Below, in pieces: positions 16,330 through 26,285 of a stretch of 35,264 bases of DNA (positions are counted from its first letter, which is position 1; every line of letters starts with the position of its first letter). The notes under the pieces are model-generated. The model saw only the letters and a program-made list of their open reading frames with translations, was not told the DNA's origin and did not search any database. Source of the stretch: a virus (Duplodnaviria > Caudoviricetes); the IMG/VR virus record IMGVR_UViG_3300049828_000123, positions 1 through 35,264 of that record; one strand, 5' to 3'. The position numbers were made by a program, and so were the translations under genes.

Positions 16330-17543
16330 CCTCCCCAGTCCATAATATCACCGATGGCAGAGCCATCAAAGGAACCACCCCAATCAAACAGACCATTGAG
16401 ATCATTAATATTAAAATTACTCCAATCAATGTCATTATTTGCGATAGGAAGATTGTTTACTGGACTAAAGTCTGAACCATAACCAGAGAACCAATTAGTC
16501 CAATTCTGAGCATTTCCGGGAGTAATACCATACTCTTCAGCCAGACCCGGAGAGTTACCATTCCAGTCAGACCAGAGACCATTGAGAGAGCCAACACCCT
16601 TACCCAACATCTGAAGAAGAGATGCAGCATTCGTCGGAGAGATGCCAGATTGGCCGTTAGCCCCGCCACCTATTGCTTGTTGAATCCACTTCATAAGATC
16701 GTTGATCGGGTTGCTGCCAGTGCCACCACTGCCCGGGGTACCAGAACCCCCGCCAGTGCCACCAGAACCGCCTTGGCCGCCAAGCATACCGAGGGGATAT
16801 AGGCGGGCAGCCAGAGCCTGTGCGCGTGCGTCTCCGGCCTGTCTACCGCCCTCCATGAGCATCTGTGCTGCCGTACCCGGATTAATCTCCGAACCACCGA
16901 AGCGGCCATAACGATCCGCCCATTCTCCGGTATACTTATTGGCAACGTCACCCATGAGGCGAGTCATATCTGCCGTGACACCCATGGCTCCACCTTGACC
17001 CCTAGCAGCGGCTTGAGGACCAAACTTATTGGTTGCCTCACGAAGCAAGGATTGGTAGATCGGGCTACTTTCAGGATTAGCCAGAAGCTCGTCTAGTTTG
17101 CCTTGATACTTGGTACGTTGGGAACCCCAAGGATCGGCCATTCCAGAGGCCCGTTCCCCAAGGGCTTCGTACCGACCAGCCTGTTCGTTCATCTCATCAG
17201 CACCACGCTGCGAGGCATACAGGGCTGAGAGGAGAGGACCTTGGTTCTGGGCAAAGTTCATTCCCCCACCAATTATGTTCTGGAGAAGAGAACCCCAATC
17301 CATACCGCCACCAGTGTTACCAGAACTGTCAGTGGGAGTTAAATTACCGGGTCCAAAAATATTCTGGTTACCATCCCAAGGACTAACTGGTTCTTGAGCA
17401 CCACCATCACCGTGGGCTTCATATACAACCCTATTTGGATCTGTAATCCATGGAACGGAAGCACCAGAATTGGCACCATATTGGTCATAAAATTGGCTTC
17501 TAGTCATATTAGCCCAAGGATCTTGCAGAAAATTAGTTGCCAT
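16326..17543 (-). CDS. Putative ejection/pilot protein, Gly-rich
   Basis: DPW..Y...L...P.YQ...AAARG..G core with long Gly/Ser/Asn stretches, located in the tail/core module. Confidence 0.6.
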   Translation of the reverse strand: MATNFLQDPWANMTRSQFYDQYGANSGASVPWITDPNRVVYEAHGDGGAQEPVSPWDGNQNIFGPGNLTPTDSSGNTGGGMDWGSLLQNIIGGGMNFAQNQGPLLSALYASQRGADEMNEQAGRYEALGERASGMADPWGSQRTKYQGKLDELLANPESSPIYQSLLREATNKFGPQAAARGQGGAMGVTADMTRLMGDVANKYTGEWADRYGRFGGSEINPGTAAQMLMEGGRQAGDARAQALAARLYPLGMLGGQGGSGGTGGGSGTPGSGGTGSNPINDLMKWIQQAIGGGANGQSGISPTNAASLLQMLGKGVGSLNGLWSDWNGNSPGLAEEYGITPGNAQNWTNWFSGYGSDFSPVNNLPIANNDIDWSNFNINDLNGLFDWGGSFDGSAIGDIMDWGG

Positions 17544-18307
17544 TACCCTCTCCTCCCACGATTGATCAGATTATTGATCGCAAAGTTACCGCCAGTTCTT
17601 ATTCCAAACTTAGCCAGATTACCAAGCTGATTGAATCCCGGAATCATCGGGAGTCCTGCTGCTAGGATCTGAGGAAGAAGTGACTTCCAATTCCTGTTTC
17701 CTGCTATTGCATCTACAGCCCCTCGTCCAAGACCAGATGCTGCCAGTCCAATAGAAGATGCTCCTAGACCACCCATACCCATAGTGAAGAGAGCGGGCAT
17801 AATTATATGTGCATTCTTCATGAACCAACCCTTGTCGGCATTCTGGTCATAATTCTTCCTATGGGTTACCCAACCATAGTTGGGATCATACCCAACCATC
17901 TTGGGATCATACACATTATTCTTGTCATCCGAAGTCAATGGGCGAAGATTTCTGAAGGAAGTATTAGAGGGGCCTTTGGGCATAGAAGCTTCCAACTTAG
18001 CCAAATCAGAAGTTGTTCTCCATCCAGCCCCTAAGGTGTTATCGTAAGGGTCTTGTCCAGCTTCATAATATTGAGCTTGCAATCCCTTAGGCCCATACTT
18101 AGCCAAAGAGTCTCTCAAATATTGGGGCATTTCTCCAGACTCATCAGCCCGATAGAAATTACCAGAACCAGCCCCTTCATAACCAGCATCATAGACATCC
18201 TGATACGCACCCTTACGGGTATCTCTCTGCATCACCTCAAAGGGATCAGAAGTATCATAACCGGGATTGGTTATCCTTTGCATAAAGGACTGAGGAGCTT
18301 GAGACAT
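17543..18307 (-). CDS. Hypothetical virion protein with an amphipathic Gly-rich C-terminus
   Basis: Its stop overlaps the next start, and it has a hydrophobic IIMPALFTMGMGGLGASSIGLAA segment. Confidence 0.6.
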   Translation of the reverse strand: MSQAPQSFMQRITNPGYDTSDPFEVMQRDTRKGAYQDVYDAGYEGAGSGNFYRADESGEMPQYLRDSLAKYGPKGLQAQYYEAGQDPYDNTLGAGWRTTSDLAKLEASMPKGPSNTSFRNLRPLTSDDKNNVYDPKMVGYDPNYGWVTHRKNYDQNADKGWFMKNAHIIMPALFTMGMGGLGASSIGLAASGLGRGAVDAIAGNRNWKSLLPQILAAGLPMIPGFNQLGNLAKFGIRTGGNFAINNLINRGRRG

Positions 18308-18310
18308 TAT

Positions 18311-19225
18311 TTAGAACCCAATCGGCTTACGAGGACGATAACGGAACGACTGCTTTTGAGCGGTACCCATTGGATCAGTCGTTGTCGGAGTGCCGGTAGC
18401 CACAGGAGTAGCTACTGGAGCCGCTAGAGTTGCAGGGCTGGACGGAGGAACCGGAACAGCCGGAGCACCAAAAGTGGGTTGGCTATTGGTTCCAATTGAC
18501 ACGTTGCCAGCCTGTCCATACGGCTTACCAGTACTCGGATCAAGACCAACAGAACCACCGTAGCCCGGTTGAGGAACTTGATCCCTATTAGTGCCGGTAG
18601 CTTGGAAAGGAGAACCAGCCCCAAAAGCCCCTACAGAATAGCCTTGCGGCAATGCAGGAGCAGCCAAGCCTTGTTGTTTGGCCGTATGGTATTGTTGCTT
18701 GTACGCATCATACTGACTAGTCAACTTCTTATACGGATCGTTCGGATCAAACGATACGCGGTTTTCTTGCCGCAAACCCGGAAAATAGTTAGCTCTACTT
18801 GACCCATAAGTATTGATAATTCGATTACGATCATCGTTTGTGATGCCAGCTTGTTGCATCAGCATACTCAGACCACTCGGACTATTACCGCCAAGTTCAT
18901 TCCAGTTCTTTGTAGCAAATGACCAAGCGGCATTGTGGCCGTATTGGTCCTTAATCCGATTAAACGTTTCCATCGCCATATCTTTAACCGGATCACCAGT
19001 CTTGTGCTGATCACCAAAGCGGAAGTTCGTAACGAAACCAACTGCATCTCCAGAGTTGGTGGGGGTATTATTGGGCATAGGATTCCAGTTCATTTGTCCT
19101 CCTGAAGGATTATATGTTTCTTGGCCGGGAGTAACACTTCCGGTATTTGGTGTAGGAATAGGCACGGCCGGTGCTCCAGTGCCGTGTCCTGAGATGTTAA
19201 GGGTACCTTCTCGACGAATTGCCAT
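18311..19225 (-). CDS. Hypothetical low-complexity (P/G/T/N-rich) virion protein
   Basis: AGGAG SD; tightly packed in the late operon. Confidence 0.6.
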   Translation of the reverse strand: MAIRREGTLNISGHGTGAPAVPIPTPNTGSVTPGQETYNPSGGQMNWNPMPNNTPTNSGDAVGFVTNFRFGDQHKTGDPVKDMAMETFNRIKDQYGHNAAWSFATKNWNELGGNSPSGLSMLMQQAGITNDDRNRIINTYGSSRANYFPGLRQENRVSFDPNDPYKKLTSQYDAYKQQYHTAKQQGLAAPALPQGYSVGAFGAGSPFQATGTNRDQVPQPGYGGSVGLDPSTGKPYGQAGNVSIGTNSQPTFGAPAVPVPPSSPATLAAPVATPVATGTPTTTDPMGTAQKQSFRYRPRKPIGF

Positions 19226-19233
19226 AGAGACTC

Positions 19234-19821
19234 CTAGTAAGCGATCTTGAAAGCGTGAAGTCTAGGATTGTTAGCTTCACCAGTTGCTGGTGCGGCTACA
19301 CTAATAGAGACTCCAGAGTCATTCCAGAGAATGATTTTACGGGCGGCATCCGCCGAACCAGTTCGATTTCCATTGAGGTATTCCAGACAAGAAACCCTCA
19401 AATTCCAAACATGAGATGAGAATGTGTAGGTTATTGTTGGCAGGATTCTGTATATACAAGTTGTACGAACCGCTCCATTATTATCAGCAACAGCTAGAAA
19501 TACACTATTACCAACGGTAGGAGCTACAGCCCCTGTAACCTTTAACTTCACATCGGCTTCTATATAGTATACACCGGGAACCCCTTGGGGCGCAATAGTA
19601 TTGTTAGTGGTGTCATACAAATTTAGATAGTTGTGAATGGGTACATTCCACGTAATATGAGTTGCTGTACCAGTAGCACATGCCTGTTCTTGATTGGTAG
19701 TCATGGCACAATTAGGTGTCTTCAAGGCCCGATAAATATCCTGCTTCCAACGGGCCTCTACGGTATTGATGGTGCCACCTTGTATTCCGGCTCCATACAA
19801 CGAAGGTTGTCTAATGTCCAT
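19234..19821 (-). CDS. Tail-associated protein with a C1q/jelly-roll-like C-terminal domain
   Basis: Follows the nozzle gene; beta-rich pattern THITWN...PGVYYIEADVKL...LRVSCLEYL. Confidence 0.55.
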   Translation of the reverse strand: MDIRQPSLYGAGIQGGTINTVEARWKQDIYRALKTPNCAMTTNQEQACATGTATHITWNVPIHNYLNLYDTTNNTIAPQGVPGVYYIEADVKLKVTGAVAPTVGNSVFLAVADNNGAVRTTCIYRILPTITYTFSSHVWNLRVSCLEYLNGNRTGSADAARKIILWNDSGVSISVAAPATGEANNPRLHAFKIAY

Positions 19822-21677
19822 TAATGATCCGCCAACGAAAGAGTTGTCTCAAGATGCCCCAATTCCAAATTCTCAGTAAGACTAGCTAGAATCTGGAGTG
19901 TATAATTTCTAGCTGTTCCAAAATTATACATGGTTAGAAAGGGATTATAGGCGGTTTGTTCCAAATCCAAAACTCTAGTTACCGAAGGAGCATTCGCAGC
20001 ATCATCCCATTTATCAATCTCCAGATCCTTCCAAACTTGCACATATATATTATATGCTTCAGTGGTAAGAAGTGTCGATCTTGTAGAGGGATACATGCAT
20101 TGAATCTTCATCTTATGTATGGTTTTACGATTCAGAGAATTAAACTGTAGACGATTTGTCCTCACAGCAACAGGAATGCGATAGGATAAAGAGACACCAG
20201 AATTACTTTCTCTAAACGTGTCCAAAGAACCACCATATGCTTCATAGCCCTCAGACAACTTACAAGGATGCATACCTATAGTATCTACTGCATCGTCTCC
20301 AATAACCCAAATCCAACGATTGGTGCCAGTAGATGAAGAAGTAACAGCAATTCTAATCTGTGGACAATCTAGACCAATGGAGAATCCACCCCCTTGCCAT
20401 TCAGTAAATTCAAAAGCCAAGACCCACCAAGTCTTAGAAGTAGCGCAATATACCCAAGAACCAAAAAGAGATACATTGTCTGGAACTTCTGTTCCCATAC
20501 TTCCAGTAGCATCTATATTCGGATAAGCTTCCCAGTTTGTAACAATATGTGTGGTACCCATTGTATAAAATGGATAAAGTTCTGCCCAGTATCTGGCTCC
20601 AGTAGACATCTGATGACTATGAGGGACAGAAGAAATTAATTCTGGTGTATAGCCAGACATACGATACAACCCCAAACTACCAGTATCCATACTATTACCG
20701 ATCCAGTACAGATCATCATCTATAATACACCACGCTTTGGAATTTGCCAAACCTACTTTGGTATATGCTTGTTGTGTACGCAGAATCGGAAGGGCGGGTT
20801 TAGCCTGTCCTTCATCATTGAAGAACTCCATGCTTCCAGTTCCGAAGGCAATTAGATGATGCTTATAACGAACTAGTGCAACTCCTCCATCCGGGTCCTG
20901 AGAAGCTGTAGTAATACCATAAGTGTTCCATGTAGCAATGTCCGGATACAACAGGCCGGTATCTTGAGGATAAGAGCCTGAAATAAAGCCATCCGAGGTC
21001 ATTACGTAGTGAACATTATTAAGTTGGATAATAGGACCAGTGATGCCTTTTGTATACGTGGCATTGGTTGGAAAATCGGCATCAGTAATTGTTTGGAGAG
21101 ATGCGGCTGTAAAGTAACCAGCAGTCGTCACAGCATAAAAACCATCACTGTTGCTAGCTGTGCTTTTTGCTCTGGCAGGATGCACTGTAATTGCCAAAGC
21201 GGGAGCACCGAGGTGGGAAATCTCTGATAGATGACAAACACACTCTAGGGTAGTCATGCCCAAAGTAGTTAAATTAATGCTTCCAATTAGTATATTAGAA
21301 ACGCCCGGACGGTATTGAATGATCCTAAGAAAGTAATTTGGAGCACTGTAATCTGGATAGGCAGCAATAATAACTTCAGTGGCTGTGGACCTCATACCCA
21401 ACACAGCAATGGGAGCACTTTTTCCAACAGTCAGGTGAGTATTAAGATCCGAATTTCCAGTATTTGGATTGTTAAAGGCAGGACGAGATAAGAGCCTCAT
21501 CTGTCCTTCATCAGGACGAACAGGATCTTTGCTAATCACCGGAAACATATTAACCAGTACTTGTCTATCTGAAGATTGTCGGTTAAGCGAGTTGTAAGGA
21601 GCTTGATAAGCCTCCTCCGTAGAATACAACGGAATCTGGACTACATCGCGCTTGGCTTGTAGGCGAACATCACCCAT
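19821..21677 (-). CDS. Tail nozzle/hub protein (P22 gp10-like)
   Basis: 618 aa and beta-propeller-like, with LVNMFP, TASQDPDGGVAL...LIAFGTGSMEFF and FGTARN. It follows the adaptor gene. Confidence 0.75.
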   Translation of the reverse strand: MGDVRLQAKRDVVQIPLYSTEEAYQAPYNSLNRQSSDRQVLVNMFPVISKDPVRPDEGQMRLLSRPAFNNPNTGNSDLNTHLTVGKSAPIAVLGMRSTATEVIIAAYPDYSAPNYFLRIIQYRPGVSNILIGSINLTTLGMTTLECVCHLSEISHLGAPALAITVHPARAKSTASNSDGFYAVTTAGYFTAASLQTITDADFPTNATYTKGITGPIIQLNNVHYVMTSDGFISGSYPQDTGLLYPDIATWNTYGITTASQDPDGGVALVRYKHHLIAFGTGSMEFFNDEGQAKPALPILRTQQAYTKVGLANSKAWCIIDDDLYWIGNSMDTGSLGLYRMSGYTPELISSVPHSHQMSTGARYWAELYPFYTMGTTHIVTNWEAYPNIDATGSMGTEVPDNVSLFGSWVYCATSKTWWVLAFEFTEWQGGGFSIGLDCPQIRIAVTSSSTGTNRWIWVIGDDAVDTIGMHPCKLSEGYEAYGGSLDTFRESNSGVSLSYRIPVAVRTNRLQFNSLNRKTIHKMKIQCMYPSTRSTLLTTEAYNIYVQVWKDLEIDKWDDAANAPSVTRVLDLEQTAYNPFLTMYNFGTARNYTLQILASLTENLELGHLETTLSLADH

Positions 21678-22411
21678 TATTCACTCCAACTTGCGAAGGG
21701 TTGAAAAGTAATCGAGCCATCTTCTTGGTCAAACGACATGGCAATAGCCTTGTGCGTCTGGGCCTTCTTGGTAATCTGGGCACGATCCGCGATAGGCACG
21801 CCGTACTCATAGGCCAATTGTTCAGCCAGTGCCCATACAAGAGCATTGTACAGATACTTGGGAATGCCCGGATTGTCGGTACTCGTATCGAAGTCCATCA
21901 AGCCAGCTTGGAAAGTAACAGCAATTGTTCCAGAATTAGTCGTGACAAAATTGTCATCTGGTACAGGCCACAGATAAAGGTTCGACGTTGTCGTAGTTGC
22001 CGTTGGTTCGGGAGGAACAAGCAAACAAATCCTAGGGGTTCCAGTTGTAAGCCAAGAGGGAACCTTCTCATTCCACTCACTACGAGTATATTGTATAAGC
22101 GGAGTACGCCTAATAGCGGTTCCCGTCCCTTCCGTAATATAAGCATCAAGTAGCTTATGCATCGGAGGAGAACCAGTCTGTTGCACATAATTCTGTCCAA
22201 CAACTGGAGTAAGGGTTGCTGCACCTCTCCAAAACCAGAAATTACCATCAGAATCCCACTCCTTGATAATGTCGTTCAGGGCCTGCGCCGCTTCAGTAAC
22301 CGCTGCGGAGTCAGGAGTCTCACCAGTACCAAGGGCACCAATAATCCGCAAGGCTCGCTTGATGATGTCGTCTCTAGTGGTTACATAGTTGTAAGAGTTT
22401 GAGAGAGCCAT
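21677..22411 (-). CDS. Head-tail adaptor (P22 gp4-like)
   Basis: TRDDIIKRALRIIG...GE...ALNDII..W, LYLWPVPD and NALVWALAEQLAYEYG. Confidence 0.8.
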   Translation of the reverse strand: MALSNSYNYVTTRDDIIKRALRIIGALGTGETPDSAAVTEAAQALNDIIKEWDSDGNFWFWRGAATLTPVVGQNYVQQTGSPPMHKLLDAYITEGTGTAIRRTPLIQYTRSEWNEKVPSWLTTGTPRICLLVPPEPTATTTTSNLYLWPVPDDNFVTTNSGTIAVTFQAGLMDFDTSTDNPGIPKYLYNALVWALAEQLAYEYGVPIADRAQITKKAQTHKAIAMSFDQEDGSITFQPFASWSE

Positions 22412-22420
22412 TGTTGTCCT

Positions 22421-23872
22421 TTATTTCGTTGAGAAATCTACGCCCCAGATCGTTGCTGGCTGTGACGTAAAACCAAGACCGGGATTAATACCTGTAAAAT
22501 ACCCTGCTCCAGTAATTTGTGCAGTACCTTCATGCGAAGGAGGTATGTAATAGGCCGGTCCCGGAATGTCATTGAACCGGACAGACCAGAGTCCTTCTCC
22601 AGTAAGTCCATAATACGAGACAATGAAGGATGTTCCTTTCGTTACTGCTACCGGGGCACCCCAATCAAAGGTTTTCCATTGATTGGCATCTGCACTACTG
22701 TTATATGCAGGAACACTAGCAATAGCGCTAGAAAGCCACGCTGCTCCATCCCAAACCCACAGAACCAGATTATAAGCGTTAGCTCCAGTAGGATTGGCTA
22801 CACAGTTACCAATGAAGACTTTTCCCTTGGTGATTGTTATATCCTTCAGTGCAGTATAGGTATTTAGAATAGCCAAATTGGCTAGACGCCCACTTGCCGC
22901 TGGTTTGTTTGAATTAATCCTGCGGATATACTTTCTAGGAATTCCCCCAGTAAAGTCTGGTGCAGTGGTAATCGTCGGATCAATAAGAATATCCCAAAGA
23001 GGTACCCAGTTTGTTGTAACACTAGTAGGATAGGTGGCAGTACTTGTTACGGTAGGCCAAGTTGTACTAGCATGTCCAAACTGACCAGCAAAATGATTAA
23101 CATAACAAGGTTCGACAACTTCCATCGACATATTTCCAAAACTCGGATGTGAAGTGGGAGTAGTTATACTCATTTGCGTGGAAGTACCCGCAAAATTCCA
23201 AGCTCGTGTCCAAGCCAACGGCTGTCCCTTGTACCTCTGTACAGAAAGGGTTATCAAATTACCATCTTTAACATCCACATCAGAGTATCCGGCATCAGCA
23301 AACACAAACCTATTCCAAGAACCCTTTCTAAGTTGAACCTTGCTTTCCCACCTTGCTAGAGCATATGAAGCAATCAGGGTTTCTGTACCAGCAGAATAAA
23401 GTTCTACAGTTCCCTGTGCCCACATATGATCGAAGTTCATATCAGGAGGAAGAAAGAAACGAAAACCTTTAAGGGTGAAATTGGTCATGGCTTGAAAATC
23501 AGCACCACTATAGGCCACAGCATCACCTGTTTTCATATTACTAGCAGGACCTACCGTTTCGGCAAGATAAAAATCAGGGGCCGAAACTAGTCCTTCTGCT
23601 TGTGCATAGTCTTGATAAACCCAAGGGCGGTTGCTATAGATAGGTGACCAATAACCATCATTGTCACTGATGTTTGCATTGTCTGAACGGATAAAAGGAA
23701 GTGGATGGAAGTCATTCTTTACCCGATAGAAATCCATTGGATGTCTAGTCTCGTAGTCATCTGAACAGACCATGAGTCCATCCCACCGCTTCTTGAGTTC
23801 AGAGGCTTTATATTGAAAGCCACAAACATCACAGATTGCATTGTAAGAGTAGGAACCTCCTTGCGTTGTCAT
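22421..23872 (-). CDS. Virion protein: N-terminal Cys-rich module fused to two DUF4082-like beta-sandwich domains
   Basis: The start is placed at ATG23872 (AGGAG SD, ATGA overlap). It has AICDVCGF...WDGLMVC..DYETRHP, then two units of the type G.DF...TLKGFRFF...W..F...V.V..G...SY...WDI/VDF. Confidence 0.6.
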   Translation of the reverse strand: MTTQGGSYSYNAICDVCGFQYKASELKKRWDGLMVCSDDYETRHPMDFYRVKNDFHPLPFIRSDNANISDNDGYWSPIYSNRPWVYQDYAQAEGLVSAPDFYLAETVGPASNMKTGDAVAYSGADFQAMTNFTLKGFRFFLPPDMNFDHMWAQGTVELYSAGTETLIASYALARWESKVQLRKGSWNRFVFADAGYSDVDVKDGNLITLSVQRYKGQPLAWTRAWNFAGTSTQMSITTPTSHPSFGNMSMEVVEPCYVNHFAGQFGHASTTWPTVTSTATYPTSVTTNWVPLWDILIDPTITTAPDFTGGIPRKYIRRINSNKPAASGRLANLAILNTYTALKDITITKGKVFIGNCVANPTGANAYNLVLWVWDGAAWLSSAIASVPAYNSSADANQWKTFDWGAPVAVTKGTSFIVSYYGLTGEGLWSVRFNDIPGPAYYIPPSHEGTAQITGAGYFTGINPGLGFTSQPATIWGVDFSTK

Positions 23873-25860
23873 ACTTTCCATCTCCTAACGGTAGAGTCCA
23901 TTTTGTTTTGGCTCACAGTGCTAACCTCTGTACCGGCATCGGTATGGGCCACATCGACAACTCCCGAGCCACTGACTGTACCGTATCCCACACCATCGAT
24001 CCAAGAAACAGCAGGCATACCATTGATATAACCAAGGATGCTACAAGTATCTTGTTCTTCTGTTGCATTGAGTGTCCCTGTCAGGTTATGAATGAGTGTA
24101 GCTATAATGGAACAAGAGTCTTGTGTTTCTGTAGCTGCCAGTGTTCCCGTAATGACTGTAAAGGCCAGTCCCTGAATGTTTGTAGTATCCTGAGCCTCAG
24201 TTGCATCTAATGTTCCAGTAATAGTGATTGCACCATTACTTACTGTACCAGCTATATCAGCAGTATCTTGAGCTTCTGTCGCTGCTAAGGTACCTGTAAG
24301 GTGTCTGATAAGATTACCAGTAAGAGCGGCAGTGTCTTGATTCTCAGTGGCAGCAAGACTGCCTGTAATTACTGTGTAAGCTACTCCGGACATCGAGGCA
24401 CTATCTGGAGTATCTGTTACAGCCATTGTTCCAGTTATGACAGCCCCACTGGAAACTGTGCCTGCAATATCTACTGTGTCTTGTGCTTCTGTGGCAGCTA
24501 AGGTTCCGGTAATTGCCGTATAGGCTATACCAGCTATAGAGGCCGTATCCTGTGCCTCAGAAATAACCAGAGTTCCTGTGAGAACCGAATACGCAACACC
24601 AGAAATACTTGCTGTATCTTGGGCCTCAGTCGCCGCTATAGTACCAGTAACTCCACCAGTACCATTATTAAAACCAACCGCCATGTCTCTGGTGCTACTA
24701 GTGCCACCAGTACCAACCGTTACCTTAACATTAACCAGATCACCAGAAGCAATAGCCACTGATCCAGTATCTGTTTTAATACCAGTCTGACCAGTTGTGT
24801 ACGAAGTGGTTAGGTCAGTCTGATCAGCACCATTAACCCGTAGAACAAAAGTAGTAGATCCACTAGAGATAAGGTTATTGTTTAATTTTGTTCTAAGATA
24901 CTCCGCTGTGGTAGCAAACCTAAATCGCTGTTTAACATCCGCCTCAGTAGTATTGCCAATACCACCAAAATTAACACCAAGACCTAGATAGTAAGTTGTC
25001 GCTGCTGCGAGGGCTATTGTTGCTGAGTCTCCAGCAACAGTCGTCCACTTTCCAGAGGTATTAACAATCCAAGCACTAGAAACACCACCAGTAAAAGTAT
25101 CAGTACCTGTTCCTGTTACTGTCGACTGTCCGAGTAAATCCCCATCGGAAATTGTTTGAGTGCCGGTGCTATAAACATGAGTATTTGCTGCTGTGTGACT
25201 ATTTGTAAAAGTAGTTGAAGCAGTACCATTAATAACAAGCTTACGAGATGTTGCTGTGGCGCGGACTGCGGTAGCGTAAGACTGCCAATGAACTATATCT
25301 CCACCACCATAGATGGCTATATCAGCATCAGTAGAACCCGTGAGTGTGGCAGAGTAACCATCTCTCCATGGTACATAACGAGTAACACTAGCTGTTGTCA
25401 AATTGCCAGTACCAGCACCAGTACCTAAAACAGTGTAAGTATTACCTGAAGATGTAGGTTCAAACTCCAGTGAGGCCGTTGTTACTTGAAGATAATTGGA
25501 GCCTGCTTCTGCGGTTGGTGAACCATAAACAGCAAACTCTTCGTTGGCAGTAACAGATACACTATTAGTAGTATCTTCTTTTTCACCTGTTTGATCTGAC
25601 GTAAAAGAAACAGTAATACTAGTAGAGGCACTGTCTTTGTAAAGCGTTAATGCAGTTGTACTAGAGACTGTGTTTGTAGGTGAGTAAACCCGGAAGTTAC
25701 GTAGAGTTCCTGCAACAGGAATACGAACTTTAGCACCAGAAAAACCAGTTGCATCTCTAGTCCACCTACCAGCAATTGGCATGTAGGTGGTCGTGGCATC
25801 TAAGAACGCATTAGTGGTAGAGTTAGTTAGATTACCAGCGAGGATTAGAGACTTAGCCAT
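23869..25860 (-). CDS. Ser/Thr-rich fibre/appendage protein: three tandem beta domains plus nine ~23-26-aa repeats
   Basis: 663 aa and T/S/G/A-rich; the internal repeats are visible in the translation. Confidence 0.7.
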   Translation of the reverse strand: MAKSLILAGNLTNSTTNAFLDATTTYMPIAGRWTRDATGFSGAKVRIPVAGTLRNFRVYSPTNTVSSTTALTLYKDSASTSITVSFTSDQTGEKEDTTNSVSVTANEEFAVYGSPTAEAGSNYLQVTTASLEFEPTSSGNTYTVLGTGAGTGNLTTASVTRYVPWRDGYSATLTGSTDADIAIYGGGDIVHWQSYATAVRATATSRKLVINGTASTTFTNSHTAANTHVYSTGTQTISDGDLLGQSTVTGTGTDTFTGGVSSAWIVNTSGKWTTVAGDSATIALAAATTYYLGLGVNFGGIGNTTEADVKQRFRFATTAEYLRTKLNNNLISSGSTTFVLRVNGADQTDLTTSYTTGQTGIKTDTGSVAIASGDLVNVKVTVGTGGTSSTRDMAVGFNNGTGGVTGTIAATEAQDTASISGVAYSVLTGTLVISEAQDTASIAGIAYTAITGTLAATEAQDTVDIAGTVSSGAVITGTMAVTDTPDSASMSGVAYTVITGSLAATENQDTAALTGNLIRHLTGTLAATEAQDTADIAGTVSNGAITITGTLDATEAQDTTNIQGLAFTVITGTLAATETQDSCSIIATLIHNLTGTLNATEEQDTCSILGYINGMPAVSWIDGVGYGTVSGSGVVDVAHTDAGTEVSTVSQNKMDSTVRRWKV
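24020..24651 (-). repeat. Nine coding tandem repeats, consensus [ILV]TGTLAATEAQDT(A)xIxG
   Basis: The units run from VTGTIAATEAQDTASISG to LTGTLNATEEQDTCSILG. They are conserved in protein and degenerate in DNA. Confidence 0.9.
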
Positions 25861-25875
25861 AACTAGTCTCTAATT

Positions 25876-26283
25876 TCAGGCAAGAGTAACCTTGCCCACT
25901 CCAAATTTATTGTCAAGCCACTGTTGTGCTCTATTTCGTTGTTGTTGGGTAAGAGCCTTTCCAAAAACGGAAATAGTAAGACTACGAGTACTGCCCTCTC
26001 CGAGGAAGGACCAGTTGAAGCCAATGCCATTTTTCCAGACATAGGAACCTTCTGCTGTGATGTCATGCAGACCAAGATCCTCACCTTCCATGCCAAGAAG
26101 AAACCGCTCGACCTGATTCTTCGGGCGGTTCTCCTTGTTCAATAGAACATCATAGAGTTGATTGTCCGGAACGTTGGTGTGAACAGTACACTTCTTGACT
26201 ACAACACCACCCCCAACAATTTCATTACCATTGTAGACTTCTTCAATAGTACAACCGCAAGTATCGGGACTCCAGAGTTTCAT
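25876..26283 (-). CDS. Hypothetical protein (WSPDTCGC...C..H, possible metal-binding or fibre-assembly protein)
   Basis: Tightly packed in the operon, with clustered Cys/His residues. Confidence 0.6.
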   Translation of the reverse strand: MKLWSPDTCGCTIEEVYNGNEIVGGGVVVKKCTVHTNVPDNQLYDVLLNKENRPKNQVERFLLGMEGEDLGLHDITAEGSYVWKNGIGFNWSFLGEGSTRSLTISVFGKALTQQQRNRAQQWLDNKFGVGKVTLA

Positions 26284-26285
26284 GA

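Noticed and set aside
14962-16482. 506-aa + strand ORF and other long antisense ORFs (e.g. 9864..10529, 33291..34163)
   Set aside because: They lie antisense to well-supported virion genes and have the L/S/F-rich composition typical of shadow frames.
24020-24651. CRISPR array or DGR-type repeats
   Set aside because: The repeats are conserved at protein level with synonymous divergence. There are no identical DNA repeats with unique spacers, and no reverse transcriptase or cas gene is present.
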